DNA from: an uncultured Bacteroidota bacterium | GTDB lineage: Bacteria; Bacteroidota; Bacteroidia; Chitinophagales; Saprospiraceae | Direction of reading: 5' to 3' | Length of the DNA stretch: 60,516 nt | Assembly: GCA_903905445.1 (NCBI GenBank) | Contig: CAIVGO010000673.1 | Coordinates: 1 to 60,516 of the forward strand | Part shown: in pieces, positions 1 through 8,233 of the stretch | Numbering within the stretch: the first letter of the stretch is position 1 | Layout of the letters: every line of letters starts with the position of its first letter | Notes under the pieces: model-generated | What the model saw: only the letters and a program-made list of their open reading frames with translations | Database searches by the model: none | Told to the model about the DNA's origin: nothing | Program-made: the position numbers and the translations under genes

Positions 1-1
1 C

Positions 2-22
2 GGAAGGGTCCCGGACCCTTCC
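2..22. repeat. Short perfect hairpin/palindrome at the window edge (GGAAGGGT-N5-ACCCTTCC)
   Basis: Read directly: 8-bp arms at 2-9 and 15-22 are exact reverse complements. The element may be truncated by the window start. Confidence 0.6.
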
Positions 23-54
23 GACGTGGGGGGACGCTTCCGACGTGGGGGGAC
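18..54. repeat. Two tandem copies of the 18-mer CTTCCGACGTGGGGGGAC, 1-nt spacer
   Basis: Copies at 18-35 and 37-54 are identical. Only two copies are visible and no other copy occurs in the window. Confidence 0.7.
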
Positions 55-56
55 AT

Positions 57-87
57 AAAAAAAGGCGTTCCCGAAACTCGGGACGCC
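57..87 (-). terminator. Rho-independent terminator downstream of the NlpC/P60 gene
   Basis: GGCGT(T)CCCG / CGGGACGCC stem at 64-73 / 79-87, 9 bp with one bulge. It is followed on the minus strand by a 7-U tract (A run at 57-63 on plus). Confidence 0.6.
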
Positions 88-169
88 CTTCTTCTCTCAT
101 GGTACGTTTTGTATTGATGTGCCTGTGTTGGTCAGCAGACAATAAAAGCCCCTTACGGGTAAATAAATC

Positions 170-724
170 TTAGTGGCTCGCCAATTGCGACCATTGCTGG
201 GAAATTACATCCCGTGCAAACAAAATCTTGGGCTTCCAGTACTTGGAAGTATTTATATTTTCTACAATAATTCCTCGGCTGCAGGTGCTGTGAATCACAA
301 ACACCCCTTCTTCGGTACGGTCAACCACCATCGCAACGTGCTGAATGTGGCGGCCTTTGCCAAAAAATACCAGATCGCCAGGCAATACCGATTTCAAAGG
401 AATTTTCATTCCTTGTTTGGATTGGGTGGCAGAACAGGAGGAAACTTTGATGTCAAACTCTTTCAGAAGAAAACTGGTAAAACCGGAACAATCGAAGCCC
501 GTTTTCGGGGTAACCCCGCCGTGGCGATAGCGCAAACCGAGAAAATTGTGCGCGTAACCGGTAATGTATTCCCGCATTTGCATCATCTCGGCGTTTTCAG
601 CCTTGGATGGAACACGGTCGGATGGCGTAAACGCCGAACCAAAAATAAACAATGCGATTAAAACTGGGGCAAAATACTGGTGAATCGTTGGAATTGTTCG
701 ATTGGATGTTCGTATTTCATTCAT
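170..724 (-). CDS. NlpC/P60 (C40) family cell-wall peptidase, secreted
   Basis: 184-aa ORF with an N-terminal hydrophobic signal. Motif GFDCSGFTSFLL carries the catalytic Cys; GDLVFF...HVAMVV carries the His region. Both are typical of NlpC/P60. Confidence 0.85.
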   Translation of the reverse strand: MNEIRTSNRTIPTIHQYFAPVLIALFIFGSAFTPSDRVPSKAENAEMMQMREYITGYAHNFLGLRYRHGGVTPKTGFDCSGFTSFLLKEFDIKVSSCSATQSKQGMKIPLKSVLPGDLVFFGKGRHIQHVAMVVDRTEEGVFVIHSTCSRGIIVENINTSKYWKPKILFARDVISQQWSQLASH

Positions 725-980
725 AAGTGCAATATTTCAACGTTTAGTCGGGAGACGCGACTATTCAACTCTACATAAAGAGTATGATACGTTGTTCGTG
801 AAATGATTAGTTGTGGTCAAAGCCCTACGGTCGTTCTGCTTGTGTTAGAATCGAATGTTCAAGGGTGGGATTAAGATGAACAGACCGGCTAAATGACCTA
901 CTAAAAAGCACCAAGCGATGGCAAAGGTAGTAAAGGATTTTAAAAATCAAATATTTTGAAATAAAAAATGGCTATTTTCT

Positions 981-1766
981 TCAAATCAAACGAAAAGTAT
1001 CGCCATCTTTCAAAAAAGGCAATTGCTGTCGGTAGGTAGGTAGTTTCTCCAATGATAGTTCAGTGGTAAACACGCCTTCGCAATGGGATATTTGGCATAA
1101 GTGTTGCCCCGAAAAATCAATGATCGCCGAGTCTCCTCCATAAACCAGCTGATTTCCATCGGTTCCAACGATGTTCACACCCGCCACAAATGCTTGATTC
1201 TCAATGGCTCTGGCCTGTAACAGGCTGCGCCAGTGCAACGAACGCGTTTGGGGCCAATTGGCGATGTATAAAAGCAGGTCATACGGCTGATCGGGGTGGT
1301 TTCTGCTCCATACCGGAAAGCGCAAATCATAACAAACCAACGGACAAATACGCCAGCCCTTCCATTCTACGGTCAACCGCTCGGTACCAGGTGTAAAGGT
1401 TTGATGCTCGGCTGCCAAGGAAAACAAATGCCGTTTATTGTAAAAATGAACGACCCCATCGGGCTGCACCCACACCAACCGATTGTAAAACAAGCCATTT
1501 TCTATACAAATAAAACTACCGGTGAGGGCGGCATCCAATTGTGTGGCTTGCTCCTGCATCCACGCTACCGTTGGTCCGTCCATCGGTTCTCCCAGTTCGG
1601 CTGCACGCATGGAAAACCCCGTGGTAAACATTTCTGGCAACACCACCAGATCGGTTCGGCCTTGCAATGGGGCCAGTTTGGCTGCAAGTTGACTTCTATT
1701 TTCAACCGGTTGTTCCCATATCAAGGAGGTTTGAACAAGGGTAACAGCAAGAGATGAATTATTCAT
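981..1766 (-). CDS. yafV: Carbon-nitrogen hydrolase family amidase (YafV-like omega-amidase)
   Basis: 261 aa. Recalled E. coli YafV blocks match along most of the length: VLPEMFTTGF, HFYNKRHLF, VEWKGWRICPLVCYDLRFPVWSRN, ANWPQTRSLHW, ARAIENQAFVAG. There is a 4-nt overlap with the upstream gene. Confidence 0.85.
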   Translation of the reverse strand: MNNSSLAVTLVQTSLIWEQPVENRSQLAAKLAPLQGRTDLVVLPEMFTTGFSMRAAELGEPMDGPTVAWMQEQATQLDAALTGSFICIENGLFYNRLVWVQPDGVVHFYNKRHLFSLAAEHQTFTPGTERLTVEWKGWRICPLVCYDLRFPVWSRNHPDQPYDLLLYIANWPQTRSLHWRSLLQARAIENQAFVAGVNIVGTDGNQLVYGGDSAIIDFSGQHLCQISHCEGVFTTELSLEKLPTYRQQLPFLKDGDTFRLI

Positions 1767-2743
1767 ATTGAATTGGTTTGTACGCTTGCCCGGCGCAAAC
1801 GGTCATTGATCGCACGCCCTAAACCAAGTTCTGGCATCGGCGCTGCGATGATTATTTCAATATCGGATGTGTCTAACTGGCGTAATGCCGCAAATAGATG
1901 TTGGGCCGCTTCGTTTAAATCGCCCGTTTCGGACAACACGATTTCCAAGAAATGCGCGGGCAAATCTATCTGTTTTTCCAGGCTTAAAACACCTGTTTTT
2001 TGTGTTGCAAACTGTTTTGAGAGGACCGATAAATCGCCTAAATACAAAGGCTTTGCTGGCGCATAGTGTGATTTTAACATGCCCGGCGCAGCAGGATTGC
2101 TGCTCTGGTTGGGTTGTACCCGTAGTTTTCCAATCACCGATTCAATAGCTTCCACGGATATTCCCCCTAAGCGATATAATACGGCCTCCTCCCCTTCCCA
2201 ACCAACAATCGTCGATTCTACCCCAACTTCACAGGCACCTCCATCCACAATATAAGGTATTAAACCATTTAATTGATCGTACACATGTTGCGCGGTAGTT
2301 GGACTGATGTACCCAAACGGATTGGCACTGGGGGCCGCCAAGGGGAATGGCAAACTTTCCAACAAAGCGCGTGTAAGCGGATGCACCGGCACCCGTATGG
2401 CTACCCGGGGCAATCCGGCGGTCACTAAATCGGGGATATGGGGTTGTTTGGGCAATAAAAGCGTAAGCGGACCAGGCCAGAAATGGGCTGCCAAACGACG
2501 TGCAGCCGCTGGAAAATCAAGCACATGCGCTTCCACAGCCGCAACATTGGCCACATGCACAATGAGCGGATCGAAGGTAGGGCGATTTTTTACCTCAAAA
2601 ATGCGGGCAACAGCTGCCACATCTAAGGCATTTCCGGCCAAACCATATACGGTTTCAGTTGGAATCGCCACCGGCTCAGATGCACGCAGCCATTGCGCGG
2701 CAAGCGCTACATCCAATCCAATTTTTGTGTTAATTTTTTTCAA
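1763..2743 (-). CDS. tsaC: L-threonylcarbamoyladenylate synthase, long Sua5/YwlC form
   Basis: 326 aa. Contains the YrdC-type motif PTETVYGLAGNA and SAN(P)FG, plus a C-terminal Sua5 domain. Confidence 0.85.
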   Translation of the reverse strand: MKKINTKIGLDVALAAQWLRASEPVAIPTETVYGLAGNALDVAAVARIFEVKNRPTFDPLIVHVANVAAVEAHVLDFPAAARRLAAHFWPGPLTLLLPKQPHIPDLVTAGLPRVAIRVPVHPLTRALLESLPFPLAAPSANPFGYISPTTAQHVYDQLNGLIPYIVDGGACEVGVESTIVGWEGEEAVLYRLGGISVEAIESVIGKLRVQPNQSSNPAAPGMLKSHYAPAKPLYLGDLSVLSKQFATQKTGVLSLEKQIDLPAHFLEIVLSETGDLNEAAQHLFAALRQLDTSDIEIIIAAPMPELGLGRAINDRLRRASVQTNSI

Positions 2744-2854
2744 ACAAATTCAAATTTCTACTGCAAATGTCCAATAAAACCATCAAATCGTGTACAAAAG
2801 ATTTATAAGCCCCAAAGCAATGATTTTTTCTGAACACCTACAATGATTTTACCT

Positions 2855-2862
2855 TACCTTTG
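2855..2862 (+). promoter_or_regulatory. Bacteroidota-type -7 box TACCTTTG
   Basis: Exact match to TAnnTTTG, 16 nt upstream of the ATG at 2878. This argues against the TTG at 2860 used by the ORF track. Confidence 0.5.
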
Positions 2863-2877
2863 CGTAAAACTTACACG

Positions 2878-3318
2878 ATGGTTTATCAAGAGCAATCTGA
2901 TGCGTCTTTAAAAGAGGCATTCAACGAAAAAGGCGAACGGATTAGTCCGCAATTGCCGAAACACGTAAAAAACTTTTTGATTGATATCGATGGCACCGTC
3001 TGCGACGATGTGCCAAACGAAGAACCTGAGCGCATGGGAACAGTACTGCCCTACCCGGATGCACTGCTCATGCTCAATAAATGGTATGAAGAAGGCCATG
3101 TAGTTTTCTTTTTTACCAGCCGAACGGAAGCACACCGCGAGGTAACCGAACAATGGCTTTCCAAACACGGGTTCAAATACCATGGTATCCTTTTTGGCAA
3201 ACCACGTGGCGGTAATTATCATTGGATCGACAACCATATCGTGCGCGCCACCCGTTTTAAAGGGAAATTCACAGATCTGGTAGTTAAAAACCATGAAATT
3301 GAAGTTTTTTCCGAGTAA
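2878..3318 (+). CDS. HAD-superfamily phosphatase-like protein
   Basis: DxDGT motif (FLIDIDGTVCDD), a FFFTSR motif-II-like segment, and K...D later in the sequence. Start moved to the first ATG downstream of the promoter box. Confidence 0.6.
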   Translation: MVYQEQSDASLKEAFNEKGERISPQLPKHVKNFLIDIDGTVCDDVPNEEPERMGTVLPYPDALLMLNKWYEEGHVVFFFTSRTEAHREVTEQWLSKHGFKYHGILFGKPRGGNYHWIDNHIVRATRFKGKFTDLVVKNHEIEVFSE

Positions 3319-3386
3319 TCGGTAGGCTATACCATTTAAACATGCGTTCTTTGCATGGGGCAAATTAATCATACTTGCCCATTACA

Positions 3387-4298
3387 ATGATACCCACTGT
3401 GCACAATACGCAAAAACGATTCTTTCCTGCCTGGGCCTTGTGCCTGCTTTTACTGCAACATGCCGATTGCAAACTGCAAGATGCCAGCAAATCTGGGCCT
3501 AAGCCTGGAAGCGCACTTGCAATGCCTTACGATTTGGAAAATCCATCTTTGATTATAAACCTCGTAAGTGAAGATTTGCGTGAAATATCTGGCTTGAGTG
3601 CGGCAGATACGACAGGACGCTTTTGTGCAATTTCGGATGAACGGGGAGAAGTATTTTTTATAGAAGGAAATGCTGGTGGGAAAATCAAAAAACGGGTCCT
3701 GTTTCGCGATAAAGGCGATTTTGAAGGCATTGAAATGGTCGGTAAAACCCTTTATGCCGTTAAAAGCGATGGAAAACTGTTCGAAATGAATGCCTGGCGC
3801 AACCCGAGTACAATGACGGTCGAAATATTCGAAACGCCCCTCAAAAAAGAAGACGACATTGAAGGGCTTGGTTATGATACCCGAAAAAATGAACTGCTCC
3901 TGGCTGCAAAAGGCGACCCAGCACAGGATACCATCCGGCTTGTTTGGGGTTTTAATTTGAAAACCAAGCAACTAAGCAAAACCCCTGTTTATCATATCGA
4001 TCCCAAGCAGGTAAATGAATTGGTTCCTTACAACCAGGAGGAAAAACAACACTTTTTTAGCCCCTCTGGTATCGCGGTGCATCCTAAAACTAAAGATATT
4101 TACCTGATTTCAACGGCCCTCAAGAGAATGGTCGTCCTGAATGCCGCAGATGGTACGATCCGTTTTGCTGCCCGCCTTGATAAAAACCTGCTGCCACAGC
4201 CCGAAGGAATTGCATTTGACGAAACAGGTAATTTGTACCTGAGTAGCGAAGGCAAGAAAAAAGAAGGGCTTATGTTGAAATTTAACTACCAAAAATAA
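3387..4298 (+). CDS. SdiA-regulated/YjiK-like beta-propeller domain lipoprotein
   Basis: Signal with lipobox-like LQHADC. LREISGLS and repeated Gly/Asp-rich blade-like segments resemble the SdiA-regulated family. Family call is from memory. Confidence 0.55.
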   Translation: MIPTVHNTQKRFFPAWALCLLLLQHADCKLQDASKSGPKPGSALAMPYDLENPSLIINLVSEDLREISGLSAADTTGRFCAISDERGEVFFIEGNAGGKIKKRVLFRDKGDFEGIEMVGKTLYAVKSDGKLFEMNAWRNPSTMTVEIFETPLKKEDDIEGLGYDTRKNELLLAAKGDPAQDTIRLVWGFNLKTKQLSKTPVYHIDPKQVNELVPYNQEEKQHFFSPSGIAVHPKTKDIYLISTALKRMVVLNAADGTIRFAARLDKNLLPQPEGIAFDETGNLYLSSEGKKKEGLMLKFNYQK

Positions 4299-4355
4299 AA
4301 GACTTGTTGCGCGCTTAACCACGGCGCTTTTAATCTTGGAGCCTGTTTTTCCGAT

Positions 4356-4517
4356 AGACTTGTTGCGGTGGGGAGTAAAACGACAAAAACAGTCCATTTT
4401 TTGGCCTTCAAGGCTTTTTTTCTTGTGCGTAGCAGCGCTACGGACAAGAAAAAAAACGCAGAAGGGCGGAAAATGGGCGTTTTTACGTCGTTTTCAACTT
4501 CTCACCGCAACAAGTCT
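4356..4517. repeat. ~160-nt imperfect palindrome (two ~80-nt arms, roughly 80 percent complementary)
   Basis: Arm ends AGACTTGTTGCGGTG (4356-4370) and CACCGCAACAAGTCT (4503-4517) are exact complements. The core is TTTTTTTCTTGTGCGTAGC-AGC-GCTACGGACAAGAAAAAAA. An extra copy of AGACTTGTTGCG lies at 4300-4311. Confidence 0.8.
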
Positions 4518-4598
4518 AATTAATCCCGCTTAATTCGACGCGCTTGATTTGTAATCCGAAAGCAACGAATTATCCAACAACAACCGACTTACACACCC

Positions 4599-5048
4599 AT
4601 GCGAATCGAAGACGAACTGAAAACTTCGAGTTTTTTAAATGAAATTCAGAAAGCGCAACTCCACATTATTTTTTGTGCCGGATGGATTAGAAACCGAATT
4701 AATAGCCGACTAAAACCGTTCGGGATTACTTTTGAACAATTCAATGTGCTAAGCATTGTGTTGGGAAAATTTCCAGAAAGTATCATGGTGAAGGAGATTA
4801 CCCTCAAAATGCCCGACCGAAACTCGAACACCACCAGAATTATTGATAAATTAATCACTAAAAAACTGGTCTCCCGATTGCCCTCCGAAAAAGACGGCCG
4901 CGCCCGTTCGATCCTCCTAACAGCCTCCGGACAAGCCCTGATGCTTGAAATTGACCAGGTTTGGGCCAATAACTCGCCCTATCAAAGCGCCTTAAACAAT
5001 GACCAGGCAAACTTGTTAAATAACCTGTTGGAGCAACTGCGCGACTAA
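4599..5048 (+). CDS. MarR family transcriptional regulator
   Basis: 149 aa. Winged-helix pattern: GITFEQFNVLSIV...EITLKM...NTTRIIDKLITKKLV...DGRA. Confidence 0.8.
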   Translation: MRIEDELKTSSFLNEIQKAQLHIIFCAGWIRNRINSRLKPFGITFEQFNVLSIVLGKFPESIMVKEITLKMPDRNSNTTRIIDKLITKKLVSRLPSEKDGRARSILLTASGQALMLEIDQVWANNSPYQSALNNDQANLLNNLLEQLRD

Positions 5049-5087
5049 ATATATAGTTTTCTATATACTTTTTTTCACCGAAAAGCC

Positions 5088-5095
5088 TACTTTTG
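5088..5095 (+). promoter_or_regulatory. -7 box TACTTTTG upstream of sucB
   Basis: Exact TAnnTTTG match, 62 nt upstream of the ATG at 5157. Confidence 0.4.
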
Positions 5096-5156
5096 CACTG
5101 CCTGCTGCGGCAGGTGTCTTTTTTGTATTTTATAACGCTTTACACCTTACTGGAAA

Positions 5157-6389
5157 ATGCCGGTCATTGAATTAAAAATCCCAAACTTGGGAGAATCCAT
5201 ATCAAGTGTAACTTTCTCCAAGTGGCTCAAACCCGACGGGGCAACAGTTTCCATGGATGAACCGCTTTGTGAAATTGAAACAGAAAAAGCCAACCAGGAA
5301 TTGTCTGCCGATTCGGCTGGCAAATTAACTTGGGTTGCCAAAGAAGGTGAAGACCTTGCGGTAGGGGCGCTTTTTGCTAAAATCGATACAGATGCAGCCG
5401 GAAGCACCGCGGCGACGCCCGCTGCAACCGCACCTGCTGTTGCAACGCCAACACCAGAAACAACCAATACCAGCACAAATTATGCAACCGGATTTCCGTC
5501 TCCTGCCGCTGCTAAAATTTTGGAAGAAGGCCAGGTAAGCGGCGACCAAGTGAAAGGCTCCGGAAGAGATGGCCGCATCACGAAAGAAGATGCACAAAAA
5601 GCCGTAGAAAACAAACCCGCGCCTACGCCAACCCCCACCGTAGAAAAGGCTACACCCGTTGCTGCACCCGCTGCAACTACCGCTTTCTCGCGCAACGAAC
5701 GCCGCGAACGCCTTACCCGCATGCGCCGCACCATCGCCAAACGCCTGGTAAGTGCTAAAAATAACACGGCCATGTTGACCACCTTCAATGAGGTTGATAT
5801 GACAGCAGTGATGCAACTGCGCGAAAAATACCAAGAGGCTTTTGTGAAAAAATACGGCATCAAACTGGGCTTTATGTCCATTTTTGCCAAAGCTTGCGCG
5901 AAAGTGCTGCTCGAAATGCCCGATGTAAATGCCGCCTTGGATGGAGACGACATCATTTTCCACGATTTTGCCGATATCAGTTTTGCAATCAGCACACCAA
6001 CCGGATTGGTGGTGCCCCCTATTCGCAACATAGAAAGCCTGAAATTCAGCGACATCGAATTCAAATTGAAAGAGTTGGCTACAAAAGCCAAAGACGGAAA
6101 ATTATCGCTGGAAGAAATGAGCGGTGGAACCTTCACCATCACCAATGGTGGTATTTTCGGCAGCCTCATGAGCACCCCGATTATCAATGAGCCACAAAGT
6201 GCTATTTTGGGCATGCATGCAATCAAGGACCGCCCAATTGTGGTAGAAGGAGAAATCAAAATCCGCCCAATGATGTACCTCGCCCTGAGCTATGATCACC
6301 GCGTGATTGATGGTTCTACTTCGGTAACCTTCCTGGTGAAAGTTAAAAACTTGATCGAAGATCCAATCGCACTGTTGATGGATTTATAA
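5157..6389 (+). CDS. sucB: Dihydrolipoyllysine-residue succinyltransferase (E2 of 2-oxoglutarate dehydrogenase)
   Basis: Lipoyl domain (CEIETEKA with the lipoyl Lys), Ala/Pro linker, peripheral subunit-binding domain, and a catalytic domain with SYDHRVIDG. Confidence 0.9.
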   Translation: MPVIELKIPNLGESISSVTFSKWLKPDGATVSMDEPLCEIETEKANQELSADSAGKLTWVAKEGEDLAVGALFAKIDTDAAGSTAATPAATAPAVATPTPETTNTSTNYATGFPSPAAAKILEEGQVSGDQVKGSGRDGRITKEDAQKAVENKPAPTPTPTVEKATPVAAPAATTAFSRNERRERLTRMRRTIAKRLVSAKNNTAMLTTFNEVDMTAVMQLREKYQEAFVKKYGIKLGFMSIFAKACAKVLLEMPDVNAALDGDDIIFHDFADISFAISTPTGLVVPPIRNIESLKFSDIEFKLKELATKAKDGKLSLEEMSGGTFTITNGGIFGSLMSTPIINEPQSAILGMHAIKDRPIVVEGEIKIRPMMYLALSYDHRVIDGSTSVTFLVKVKNLIEDPIALLMDL

Positions 6390-6457
6390 AAAAAATCCGG
6401 CGGTTTATCTTTACAACAAACCACCGGAGCAACTAGCCACAGCAAAAATTATTCTTG

Positions 6458-6492
6458 ACGGGTTTTGGAGGCAATTGCACTCCGAAACCCGT
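6458..6492. terminator. 13-bp hairpin between convergent sucB and the Usp-fusion gene
   Basis: ACGGGTTTTGGAG / CTCCGAAACCCGT with a 9-nt loop. It starts at the stop codon of the minus-strand gene and has T-rich sequence on both sides. Confidence 0.5.
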
Positions 6493-7655
6493 TAATTATT
6501 TACAAGGTCATTGAACTGATGTACCACCAAAACAGGGGTGTGCGTGTTCAATACCATGTGTTTCGTTTGACTTTTGTGCAATAAATTTTGCCAAAATCCG
6601 CGCCTGGGCGTTACAAAAACGAACAAGTCAGTCTTGTGGTAAAAAGCATATTCATGTAATTTTTCGGTTACATCCTCGCCTACCATCTTTTGAAAAACAA
6701 AGGGCTTTTCTGGATCACTGTATTTGTAATTGACCTCAAACAGTGCACGTTCGAGTTTTTCCCCATGCTCCTGCACCTTTCCTACGTGAACAAAATGCAA
6801 TTGCGCATCAAATTTTTTAGCAAAAGCAACCACTTGCTTCACTTTTTCCGGATCGTTACTCTCAAAATTGCTGGCATACAATACATTTCGAAATCCGCTG
6901 TACTGCGCCCCCGGCGGAATAAGCATGACCGGACAATGGGCGCTCCGACTAAGTTCCAGGCTCACTGAACCCAACACTTGCGTTGCCAAATTACTTTTTC
7001 CACTCGTTCCCATCACAAGCAAATCATAACGCTGGGTCAAATTTTCCAATACAATTTCGGGAAAACCAAACTCCACTTTTGCCCGCACCCGGTATAGAGC
7101 GCTTGGGCTGGAAACTTCGCCCGGACCGGCCGCTACAGGTGTAATGGGCAAATCGTTTGGAAAAAACTTCCTAAACGTTTCGGTAACAAACGCTTGCAAT
7201 GCTTGTTGGGTCGTTTGAACATGTTGCTCCAAAAGGCCAGACGTTGCTTGTGTATTTCCTTCAAAAACACCTTCCATGGCATGCACCACATCCAGTGTTG
7301 CATCAAAATGCCGCGCAATTTCCCAAGCAAAACAAAGCGCATTTTCAGCGCTCGTACTGAAATCAACAGGTACCAGTATTTTGCTCAAACGATATAATTT
7401 TGATTTGTACAAAAAACGATTGCGCAATAAATTGGTCAATTCCTCAATCGATGGCACATTCCCCTCCGATATAATTTGATTATCAAACAACAAGGCCGGA
7501 GTTTCGGTTACACCCGATAAGGCGATCCGATTTACTTCCGAAACTTCTTCGATTTTTCCTTTTAGCGGGTATAAACGCAAGGCTGCATCAAGATTATCTC
7601 TTAATGCACGGGTTTTCAAATCACCCATACCCAATATTTTTATGTTCATGCTCAT
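6492..7655 (-). CDS. Fusion protein: thioredoxin-like (redox-active-disulfide-protein-2-like) N-domain lacking CxxC, plus two universal stress protein (UspA) domains
   Basis: N-terminus KILGMGDLKT...TPALLF...G.VPS resembles small thioredoxin_3 proteins, but GCxxC is replaced by GDLKT. Two Usp-like modules follow (ILVPVDFS...GTSG; VLYASNF...VLVVH). Confidence 0.65.
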   Translation of the reverse strand: MSMNIKILGMGDLKTRALRDNLDAALRLYPLKGKIEEVSEVNRIALSGVTETPALLFDNQIISEGNVPSIEELTNLLRNRFLYKSKLYRLSKILVPVDFSTSAENALCFAWEIARHFDATLDVVHAMEGVFEGNTQATSGLLEQHVQTTQQALQAFVTETFRKFFPNDLPITPVAAGPGEVSSPSALYRVRAKVEFGFPEIVLENLTQRYDLLVMGTSGKSNLATQVLGSVSLELSRSAHCPVMLIPPGAQYSGFRNVLYASNFESNDPEKVKQVVAFAKKFDAQLHFVHVGKVQEHGEKLERALFEVNYKYSDPEKPFVFQKMVGEDVTEKLHEYAFYHKTDLFVFVTPRRGFWQNLLHKSQTKHMVLNTHTPVLVVHQFNDLVNN

Positions 7656-7701
7656 GCTGCTTGCTTTAATCGAGTGAGGTCATGAAGAATAAAAGCGACG
7701 G

Positions 7702-8148
7702 CTACTCGTAAACTTCTTCCGGATGTGCTGGTTTCTCGGCCTGAAGCATTTTCAAAATATCAAAAGTCGTAACCATCCCAACCAATTCGTCGCCTTGTAC
7801 TACTGGCAATGCGTGAAACAGGTTTTTACAAAAAACTTCGATTGCAACGTTGATACGATCTTCCTGCTCTAATTTACCCAGCCTTTTCACCATTAATTCG
7901 GAGGCTTTCATATTCTTCAAACGATGTTCGTTCACAAATTGATCATCCTGAAAATGGCTCAATCCTCCCATAAAATGCTCAAAATCAGTTTTGCTCACCA
8001 TACCAACCAACTGGCGTACATGCAAAACAGGGATATGGTGGATGTTGTGCTGGTCAAAAATCTCCTTTACCGTTGCCAGATTGTCTTCTGAACTTACAGT
8101 ATAAAGTTTGGTGGTCATGATGCTGGAAACAGGTGCAAATAAATTCAT
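7702..8148 (-). CDS. CBS domain pair protein
   Basis: 148 aa from the internal ATG. Two CBS repeats (IMTTKLYTV...IHHIPVL; LMVKRL...HALPVV). The ORF-track N-terminal extension is unsupported. Confidence 0.75.
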   Translation of the reverse strand: MNLFAPVSSIMTTKLYTVSSEDNLATVKEIFDQHNIHHIPVLHVRQLVGMVSKTDFEHFMGGLSHFQDDQFVNEHRLKNMKASELMVKRLGKLEQEDRINVAIEVFCKNLFHALPVVQGDELVGMVTTFDILKMLQAEKPAHPEEVYE

Positions 8149-8233
8149 GGTAGTGACAGGTTTTATAAATTTAAGATGATGCAAAATTGGCCGCTTAGAC
8201 AATTTGTAGAAATGACCTCGATCATAGCACAAA

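Noticed and set aside
18-54. CRISPR array
   Set aside because: Only two directly adjacent 18-nt copies with a 1-nt spacer are present. There are no spacers of CRISPR size and no cas genes anywhere in the window.
725-980. Possible riboswitch (for example c-di-AMP/ydaO-type) in the ~190-nt leader of the NlpC/P60 gene
   Set aside because: A TACCTTTG box at ~925-932 (minus strand) implies a long 5' UTR, but I could not find the conserved ydaO core elements by eye. It is unsupported without a covariance-model scan.
4336-4533. 65-aa plus-strand ORF in the marR upstream region
   Set aside because: It coincides exactly with the 160-nt palindrome. The frame is a by-product of the repeat rather than a gene.
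5325-6259. Long minus-strand ORFs (212 aa and 259 aa) inside sucB
   Set aside because: They are antisense to a confidently recognised E2 succinyltransferase. Their products are low-complexity (Gly/Arg/Cys or Ser/Leu-rich) with no motifs, typical of shadow ORFs.
5157-6389. sucB lacking an adjacent sucA as an anomaly
   Set aside because: The E1 gene is simply not in this window. Split odhA/odhB loci are plausible, and the gene has its own promoter box. I judged this not informative.
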